From an uncultured archaeon (GTDB lineage: Archaea > Iainarchaeota > Iainarchaeia > Iainarchaeales > DATDZZ01): a stretch of 7,321 bases of DNA. A model generated the notes under the pieces. It was not told the origin of the DNA and did not search any database. It saw nothing but the letters and a program-made list of their open reading frames with translations. Both the position numbers and the translations under genes were made by a program. Each line of letters begins with the position of its first letter. Position 1 is the first letter of the stretch. Positions 1 through 4,822 of the stretch are shown in pieces. The stretch covers positions 1 through 7,321 of the forward strand of contig CAYJVY010000019.1 in the NCBI GenBank assembly GCA_964373795.1. Reading direction: 5' to 3'.

Positions 1-75
1 AGAAACTGGATTTTTGTGGATAACACTAAATCAGTTGCAGAAGTGCAAAAAGAAATTCTTCAAGTATTAAAATAG
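1..75 (+). CDS. 3' end of an upstream gene (partial). The C-terminal peptide is RNWIFVDNTKSVAEVQKEILQVLK*. The function is unknown, although the tail faintly resembles nucleoside-monophosphate kinase (thymidylate kinase-like) C-termini.
   Basis: Frame 1 is open from the window edge to TAG at 73..75. Only 24 codons are visible, so the functional guess rests on a weak by-eye pattern (W-x-x-V/I-D ... E-V-x-x-x-I). Confidence 0.35.
   Translation, partial: RNWIFVDNTKSVAEVQKEILQVLK
65..74 (+). promoter_or_regulatory. TATA-like box (TATTAAAATA) centred about 26 nt upstream of the ATG at 96. Candidate archaeal promoter for a leaderless or near-leaderless DUF192-yggS transcript.
   Basis: An A/T-only 10-mer overlaps the stop of the upstream gene. 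No purine-rich SD lies between it and the ATG. Comparable A/T-only boxes lie about 26 nt upstream of the starts at 2369(-), 4622(-) and 4766(+). Confidence 0.3.
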
Positions 76-95
76 TTTTCTAACTTATTTTTTCA

Positions 96-566
96 ATGGC
101 TTTCAAGTTTTTTGTTTTATTTGTATTTGTTTTATTGCTTCAAGGCTGTATTCAAGGCAATTCAATTAACTCTAAAACTGATTTGAATTCTTCTTTGAAT
201 GAATTTTGTTTTTCTAATCAGAAATGCATTCAAATTGAAACAGCTTTAACAGAGTCCGAGAGAATGAATGGATTAATGTTTCGTGAAACCTTGCCTGAAA
301 CTCAAGGAATGCTTTTTGTTTTTCCAGAATCAAAGGTTTATTCTTTTTGGATGAAAAATACTTTAATTCCTTTAGATTTGATTTGGATTAATGAATCAAA
401 AGAAATAATTGATTTAACTGAAAACTTTCAACCCTGCATTCAAGATCCTTGTCCTTCAAAATCTTCTTCCAAGCCAGTTAAATATGTTTTAGAAGTTAAT
501 GCAGGTTTTGTGGAAAACAATAAAATTAAAATAGGGGAAAAAGTGTTATTTGATTTAAGTGATTAA
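96..566 (+). CDS. DUF192 (COG1430-type) domain protein with an N-terminal signal peptide and a lipobox-like LLLQGC (Cys18, nt 147..149).
   Basis: The translation contains the DUF192 hallmark block GLMFRETLPETQGMLFVFPESKVYSFWMKNTLIPLDLIWINESKEIIDL ... KYVLEVNAGFVENNKIKIGEKV. The hydrophobic N-terminus MAFKFFVLFVFVLLLQGC is typical of an exported protein. Confidence 0.85.
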   Translation: MAFKFFVLFVFVLLLQGCIQGNSINSKTDLNSSLNEFCFSNQKCIQIETALTESERMNGLMFRETLPETQGMLFVFPESKVYSFWMKNTLIPLDLIWINESKEIIDLTENFQPCIQDPCPSKSSSKPVKYVLEVNAGFVENNKIKIGEKVLFDLSD

Positions 567-1260
567 TTTGCTTGACATAAAAGAAAACTTGCAAAACGTT
601 AAACAAAAAATTAAAACTGCTTGCAAAAAAGTGCATAAAAATTCTGACTTGATTAAATTAATTGCTGTAACTAAAAATTTTTCTGTTCAACAAATTAATG
701 AATTAATTTTTTTAGGGGAAAAAAATATTGGTGAAAACATTGTTCAAGAGGCATTAGAAAAATTTCCTTTACTTAAAGGTAAAACTTTAAAGCATTTTAT
801 TGGGCATTTGCAATCAAACAAGGTTTTAAAAGCCTGTCAATTGTTTGATTTCATTCAATCAATTGATTCATTAAAGATAGCAAAAAAGGTTTCAGATACA
901 TGCATTAAATTAAAGAAAAAAATGCCTGTATTAATTCAAGTCAATATTGGGCGAGAAGAACAAAAATTTGGTTTACTTGAAGAAGACTTGAATTCATTTC
1001 TTTTAAAAGCATGCAAACTTAAAGGAATTCAAATTCAAGGCTTAATGGCTGTGCATCCATTTCATGAAGAAAGAGAAAAATCCAGGATTTATTTTTGGAA
1101 AATGAATCAAATCTTTAAAGAAGTTTCTGCAAAAAAATTTCCAAATATTAAAATGAAGTTTCTTTCAATGGGCATGTCTCAAGACTTTGACATTGCAATT
1201 GAAGAAGGCACAAACATGGTTCGCATAGGAACTGCAATTTTTGGTGAAAGAAAAAATTAA
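559..1260 (+). CDS. yggS: YggS/PROSC-family pyridoxal-phosphate homeostasis protein (alanine racemase N-terminal fold).
   Basis: Family motifs are present: LIAVTKNFS (PLP-lysine context), GENIVQE, FIGHLQSNKV, IQSIDSLKIAKK, VLIQVNIGREEQKFG, IQGLMAV, LSMGMSQDFDIAIEEGTNMVRIGTAIFGER. The start must be non-ATG (GTG 559 or TTG 568), because the first in-frame ATG lies far downstream of the PLP lysine. With the GTG start it overlaps the DUF192 gene by 8 nt. Confidence 0.9.
   Translation: MINLLDIKENLQNVKQKIKTACKKVHKNSDLIKLIAVTKNFSVQQINELIFLGEKNIGENIVQEALEKFPLLKGKTLKHFIGHLQSNKVLKACQLFDFIQSIDSLKIAKKVSDTCIKLKKKMPVLIQVNIGREEQKFGLLEEDLNSFLLKACKLKGIQIQGLMAVHPFHEEREKSRIYFWKMNQIFKEVSAKKFPNIKMKFLSMGMSQDFDIAIEEGTNMVRIGTAIFGERKN
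1251..1256 (-). terminator. A6 on the + strand, which reads as T6 on the - strand, immediately downstream of the tgt stop. Candidate oligo-T terminator for tgt, embedded in the last yggS codons.
   Basis: The minus strand reads TTAATTTTTTCTTTCACC after the tgt stop. This mirrors the T7 tract on the other side of the shared TTAA. Confidence 0.2.
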
Positions 1261-2369
1261 TTTATTTTTTTCCCTAAATAATTTTCTTTGAATTCTTTTG
1301 CAAATTTTTGAAAAGAGTTTTCTTTCAAGCTTGTTCTAATTTCTTTCAATAAATTTGTTACAAAAGAGACATTATGATAGCTTAGAAATCTTTTAGCATT
1401 TGGTTCATCTGTTCTAAGTAAGTGATGCAAAAAAGCTTTTGAATAAGTTTTACATATTTTGCATTCACATTTTTCGTCTAAAGATTTTTCGTCTTCTGCA
1501 AAACTTTTCTTTCTCAAATCAATGTTTCCTTGAAAAGTAAAAATTAATCCATGGCGAGCTGATTTTGTCGGAAACCGTGAATCAAAGCAATCAATGCCTT
1601 GCGAAATTGATTCAAGCAATTCTAAAGGAGTTCCAACTCCCATTAAATAATGGGGTTTTTCTTTAGGCAAATGCTTTGCACAAAATTTTACAATTTTTTT
1701 TGTTTCATTTGATGGTTCGCCAATTGCTAGTCCGCCTAAAGCTATTCCGTCAAAACCTATTTCGGAAATTTTTTGAATTCCTTTTTCTCGTAAATCTAAA
1801 TTTAATCCGCCTTGAACAATGCCGAAAAGTAGTTGTCCTTGCATTGAATGAATTTTTTTTGAACGTTTTGCCCAAGAAATTGTTCTATTCAGTGAATCAA
1901 TTATTCTTTCCTTTGATTGATTTGGCAAGGGCATGTCATCTAAAACCATTACAACATCTGTCTTTAATGTTTCATTTATTTTTATTACGTCTTCTGGTTG
2001 AATTAAATGCTTTGACCCATCAAATGGACTTTTAAAAAACGCTCCTTTATCTGAAATTTTTTCCAAGAAACTTTCAGAGCCTGTTTGAAAGCCTCCTGAA
2101 TCAGTGAAAATTGTTTTAGGCCATTTAGAGAATTCGTGAATGCCTTTAAATTTTTCAATTACTTTTAATCCTGGTTTTAGATATAACACTAAAGAATTTG
2201 ATATAATGCATTGAACTTGCATTTCTTGTAGTTCTTGTGAATCCAAAAATTTTACTGCAGTTTTTGTTGCAACAGGCATGAAAAAAGGAGTTTCAATTTT
2301 TCCATGCAAAGTATGCAGCAAACCAGTTCTGGCAAAATTTTTACTATCTTCAGAAATTATTTCAAACAT
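1257..2369 (-). CDS. tgt: tRNA-guanine transglycosylase / queuine tRNA-ribosyltransferase, bacterial/eukaryal type (370 aa, no PUA or C-terminal archaeosine domains).
   Basis: The motifs match the bacterial type: TPFFMPVATK, TDSGGFQ (catalytic Asp), LFGIVQGG, GGLAIGE, HYLMGVGTPLELLESISQGIDCFDS (second catalytic Asp) and the Zn site CECKICKTYSKAFLHHL (CxCxxC...H). The archaeal ArcTGT equivalents as I recall them (VDSGSFQ, CSCPVC) are not matched. Confidence 0.9.
   Translation of the reverse strand: MFEIISEDSKNFARTGLLHTLHGKIETPFFMPVATKTAVKFLDSQELQEMQVQCIISNSLVLYLKPGLKVIEKFKGIHEFSKWPKTIFTDSGGFQTGSESFLEKISDKGAFFKSPFDGSKHLIQPEDVIKINETLKTDVVMVLDDMPLPNQSKERIIDSLNRTISWAKRSKKIHSMQGQLLFGIVQGGLNLDLREKGIQKISEIGFDGIALGGLAIGEPSNETKKIVKFCAKHLPKEKPHYLMGVGTPLELLESISQGIDCFDSRFPTKSARHGLIFTFQGNIDLRKKSFAEDEKSLDEKCECKICKTYSKAFLHHLLRTDEPNAKRFLSYHNVSFVTNLLKEIRTSLKENSFQKFAKEFKENYLGKKIN
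1265..1271 (+). terminator. T7 tract immediately after the yggS stop. Candidate oligo-T (archaeal-type) terminator, embedded in the last codons of the convergent tgt.
   Basis: The sequence is TAATTTATTTTTTTCCC. There is no room for a hairpin terminator because the two genes overlap. Confidence 0.25.
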
Positions 2370-2391
2370 TAAATTATTTTTTCTTTCAAAG

Positions 2392-2401
2392 CATTTAAAT
2401 G
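2392..2401. promoter_or_regulatory. Palindromic TATA-like element CATTTAAATG in the 63-bp divergent spacer. On the minus strand it is centred about 26-27 nt upstream of the tgt ATG. It may also serve the + strand MBL gene, or that gene may use TTTAAAAA at 2410..2417.
   Basis: It is a perfect 10-bp palindrome containing TTTAAAT in both orientations. The spacing to the tgt start matches the other candidate boxes. The assignment for the MBL gene is ambiguous, at 35 nt versus 20 nt. Confidence 0.3.
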
Positions 2402-2432
2402 AATTTAGCTTTAAAAATGTTTTAGTGATTTA

Positions 2433-3179
2433 ATGCAGTTAACTGTTTTAGGCAGTGGATCAATTCATTCAAATTTAAATAGAAATCCAAGTGGTTACTT
2501 GCTTAAAGCTGGAAAAAATCTTGTTTTAATGGATTGTGGTCCAGGCATTAGAATTCAATTGCTTAAATTAAAAATTGATTTAAGAAAAATTAACTTGATT
2601 TTGCTTTCCCATTTTCATGTAGATCATTTTAATGATTTAATTGCATTGCTTTTTTCTTTTCAAGTTCCTGCTTGGGAGAACCAAAAAGTTAGAAAACCTT
2701 TAACTATTATTGGGCCTAGTGGAACAAAAAAACAACTTGCTTTAATTAAAAAATTAATGCATTTGACAAAATTTGATTTTCCATTAAAAGTAAAAGAATT
2801 GCATAACTCTTCAATGAACTTCAATGGATTGAAAATTGTTGCAAAGCCAATGAAGCATTTAGGCAATGCAAATGGTTATAGGTTTTCATTTAAAAACAAG
2901 GTTTTAACTTATTCGGGAGACACAACTTATTGCAATGAAATTATTTCTCTTGCAAAAAATGCTGATTTATTAATTTTAGAATGCGCTTCAATTAAAGAAC
3001 ATAAACTTCATTTAAATCCAATTCAATGTGGAGAAATTGCATTCAAATCTTCTCCTAAGAAATTGCTTTTAACTCATTTTTATCCAGTGATTGAAAAATT
3101 TAATATAAAAAAATTAGTTGAAAAAATCTTTAAAGGAAAGACTTTTGTTGCAAAAGATTTAATGAAATTCAGGTTTTGA
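2433..3179 (+). CDS. MBL-fold metallo-hydrolase, Lactamase_B_2 / RNase Z (ElaC)-like short form (248 aa).
   Basis: An ordered metallo-beta-lactamase motif set is present: LMDCGPG, HFHVDH (HxHxDH), KHLG (His), YSGDT (Asp), LLLTHF (His). The N-terminus MQLTVLGSGS is typical of the RNase Z/PhnP-like group. The exact substrate cannot be assigned. Confidence 0.8.
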   Translation: MQLTVLGSGSIHSNLNRNPSGYLLKAGKNLVLMDCGPGIRIQLLKLKIDLRKINLILLSHFHVDHFNDLIALLFSFQVPAWENQKVRKPLTIIGPSGTKKQLALIKKLMHLTKFDFPLKVKELHNSSMNFNGLKIVAKPMKHLGNANGYRFSFKNKVLTYSGDTTYCNEIISLAKNADLLILECASIKEHKLHLNPIQCGEIAFKSSPKKLLLTHFYPVIEKFNIKKLVEKIFKGKTFVAKDLMKFRF

Positions 3180-4622
3180 TTTTTTCTTTTTAGGCGTTTG
3201 TTCTTTAACTTGTTCTTTTTTTTCGGTTTTTTCTACTTCTTTTTTTTCCTTTAATTCACTTGCTTCAATGCTTTGTTTTGGTTTTGTTGCATTAGATATT
3301 TTTGCTCCAAGCCATTTAATGAAATCAAATACTCCCATGTCGTGTTTTAGTATTTTAGCGTTTGTAGTTAAAACTACTCCTGCTACAAGAATTATTGCTG
3401 ATTGAATTAATACATTCATTAACATTGTTCTAGAAATTTCTTGGAAAACTATTACTAGTTTTCCTCCTAGAATGTCTTGAAATCCGAAAAATTGTTCAAG
3501 CATTGAAGGCATTAAAATTAATCCTAGAGCAGTTGGAATGAAAGTTGAAAATCCTGCTGAAACAAATGCTCCTCCCACCCATTGAAATATTGCTTTAATT
3601 GAATGCAAATTTAATAAAACCATTAACAAAATAACCATGACTAAAAAAAGCAATAAATATCTTGAAATAAAGAAATATAATTTAATTAATTTTCTTGCTT
3701 CTTCTAAAATACTTAAAGCTACTGGGTCAATGAATGTCTTTAAATTAATTTTTTCAGGAATAGCAAATTCTTCTGCAACATTAGGGAAACTTAATTCATT
3801 GTTTTTAGGTAACCTTTTTGTTTGAAAAAAAGCAATTCCTTGTGTTTTTTCTTGAAGATTTCCTTTACATTTTGGAAGAGAAATTCCGCCTACAAGTCCT
3901 TCTAAGTCTTTTTCACTTACTCCTTCTGAAATGCATGCTCCTTCTTCACTAATTCCTTGAATTAAGTTGTTTAAATCTGAAGGTATTTCAAAGTCTTGTG
4001 GAATGTCTTTTGCAATTTTTTGTACAACGTTTTCAATTAATTCTTGTGTTTCTTTTTCAGAGCATTCAGGTAAATTTTTTGGAATTTCCACTCCTTCAAA
4101 TTGTTTTTCAAATTCTTTTGCATCAATTCCTTGTGGAATGCATTTAACTTCGCTTTTAATTAAATCATTTAATTCCATTTTAACTACTTCTTTAAGCAGG
4201 TTTTCAGGTTTAAGTGTTTCTTTTGCTTTTGAAGGAATTGCTACAGTTAAATCAATTTCATTAAATTCTTTTTCTGATTTCAGGTAAGCAAAGCTTTCCT
4301 TTAATAATTTAATTATTTCTTTTTTCATCCATTCTTTTGAAAAGGTTTCCAATATAAGTGGTTTAACTCCTTTAAGTAAAGCATTATTGCTTCCAAATCT
4401 ATCCATTGTTGAATCAATGCTTGAATGAATTTCTCCATACAAGTCATGTTTTTCAAATGCATCTAAGTAAATGTTTTCATTCAACAAGTTTTGAGCGTTA
4501 TTGAAATTAATTATTAAAGGATAACCTAAAGAGAAAGTCGCGAAAAGAAGGATTAAAGCCATGTATCTAACAAATTCAAATAACTTGAATATAATTCTTT
4601 TAACTATTTCAATTAAAGCCAT
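3159..4622 (-). CDS. Orphan integral membrane protein (487 aa). It has an N-terminal TM (about aa 21-39), an acidic extracytoplasmic domain of about 270 aa with two Cys-bracketed loops, a cluster of three C-terminal TMs (about aa 313-420) and a Lys/Glu-rich cytoplasmic tail.
   Basis: It is a long uninterrupted ORF. The hydrophobic segments are MALILLFATFSLGYPLIINF, YFFISRYLLLFLVMVILLMVLLNL, IFQWVGGAFVSAGFSTFIPTALGLILMP and LMNVLIQSAIILVAGVVLTT. The tail is KEKKEVEKTEKKEQVKEQTPKKKKSKPEFH. The basic N-terminus and tail fit the positive-inside rule for a 4-TM, N-in/C-in topology. I recognise no family. Confidence 0.75.
   Translation of the reverse strand: MALIEIVKRIIFKLFEFVRYMALILLFATFSLGYPLIINFNNAQNLLNENIYLDAFEKHDLYGEIHSSIDSTMDRFGSNNALLKGVKPLILETFSKEWMKKEIIKLLKESFAYLKSEKEFNEIDLTVAIPSKAKETLKPENLLKEVVKMELNDLIKSEVKCIPQGIDAKEFEKQFEGVEIPKNLPECSEKETQELIENVVQKIAKDIPQDFEIPSDLNNLIQGISEEGACISEGVSEKDLEGLVGGISLPKCKGNLQEKTQGIAFFQTKRLPKNNELSFPNVAEEFAIPEKINLKTFIDPVALSILEEARKLIKLYFFISRYLLLFLVMVILLMVLLNLHSIKAIFQWVGGAFVSAGFSTFIPTALGLILMPSMLEQFFGFQDILGGKLVIVFQEISRTMLMNVLIQSAIILVAGVVLTTNAKILKHDMGVFDFIKWLGAKISNATKPKQSIEASELKEKKEVEKTEKKEQVKEQTPKKKKSKPEFH
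3180..3191 (+). terminator. T6-C-T5 tract directly after the MBL stop codon. Candidate oligo-T terminator, formed by the antisense of the Lys codons in the convergent gene's poly-Lys tail.
   Basis: The sequence is TGATTTTTTCTTTTTAGG. The MBL gene and the membrane-protein gene overlap by 21 nt, so any terminator must lie inside coding sequence. Confidence 0.25.
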
Positions 4623-4643
4623 TTAATCAACTGCATGCAATAC

Positions 4644-4652
4644 ATTAAATTA
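4644..4652 (-). promoter_or_regulatory. TATA-like box (minus strand TAATTTAAT) centred about 26 nt upstream of the membrane-protein ATG at 4622.
   Basis: The position matches the other candidate boxes, and no SD-like purine run lies upstream of the start. In AT-rich DNA this is weak evidence on its own. Confidence 0.25.
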
Positions 4653-4734
4653 TTCTAGTTTAAATCTTTTTGCTTTTCGTTTAAAAATCAACCTAATTTG
4701 TTAGTAGTTTCTAGATTTAATTCTTGTCAACATA

Positions 4735-4742
4735 TTTAAATA
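4735..4742 (+). promoter_or_regulatory. TTTAAATA, matching the archaeal TATA-box consensus (TTTAWATA). It is centred about 27 nt upstream of the ATG at 4766 and is the candidate promoter of a leaderless surface-protein transcript.
   Basis: It is an exact consensus-type octamer. Its distance to the start codon equals the typical TATA-to-TSS distance. There is no SD in the intervening TAAGTTTAGCATTATTTTTTACA. Confidence 0.45.
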
Positions 4743-4765
4743 TAAGTTTAGCATTATTTTTTACA

Positions 4766-4822
4766 ATGTTTAAAAAATTATTAATTGCTTTTCTAGTGTT
4801 AACAATTTTGTTAGCTGGTTGT
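4766..4822 (+). other. Signal peptide with a canonical lipobox L-A-G-C (Cys19).
   Basis: The sequence is MFKK (basic n-region), LLIAFLVLTILL (h-region) and AGC, which fits [LVI][ASTVI][GAS]C. Confidence 0.7.

Noticed and set aside
1676-2035. 119-aa + strand ORF inside tgt.
   Set aside because: It is antisense to a strongly supported tgt coding region. The sequence is low-complexity and Leu/Phe-rich, as expected from reverse-reading Lys/Glu-rich AT-rich codons.
2425-2429. GTGAT upstream of the MBL ATG as a possible Shine-Dalgarno (part of GGTGAT).
   Set aside because: It is only a 5-nt partial match with a 3-nt spacer. No other gene in the window has an SD-like element, so it is probably coincidental.
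2660-2866. 68-aa minus-strand ORF inside the MBL hydrolase gene.
   Set aside because: It is antisense to a motif-supported CDS, short, and has no promoter or start context and no recognisable domain.
3162-3284. A purine/pyrimidine-skewed low-complexity stretch (T/C-rich on the + strand) that could look like a simple-sequence repeat or regulatory tract.
   Set aside because: It is the in-frame Lys/Glu-rich C-terminal tail of the membrane protein (KEKKEVEKTEKKEQVKEQTPKKKKSK) and has no regular repeat unit at DNA level.
3637-4287. Two + strand ORFs (3637..3825, 62 aa; 3967..4287, 106 aa) inside the membrane-protein gene.
   Set aside because: Both are antisense to the long 487-aa ORF, which has a consistent TM topology. 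Their Ser/Phe-rich low-complexity translations are typical antisense artefacts of Glu/Lys-rich coding sequence.
4724-4726. An upstream in-frame TTG as an alternative start for the surface protein.
   Set aside because: It would add 14 residues ahead of an otherwise perfect n-region/h-region/lipobox signal peptide, and it would overlap the consensus TATA box. ATG 4766 is far more plausible.
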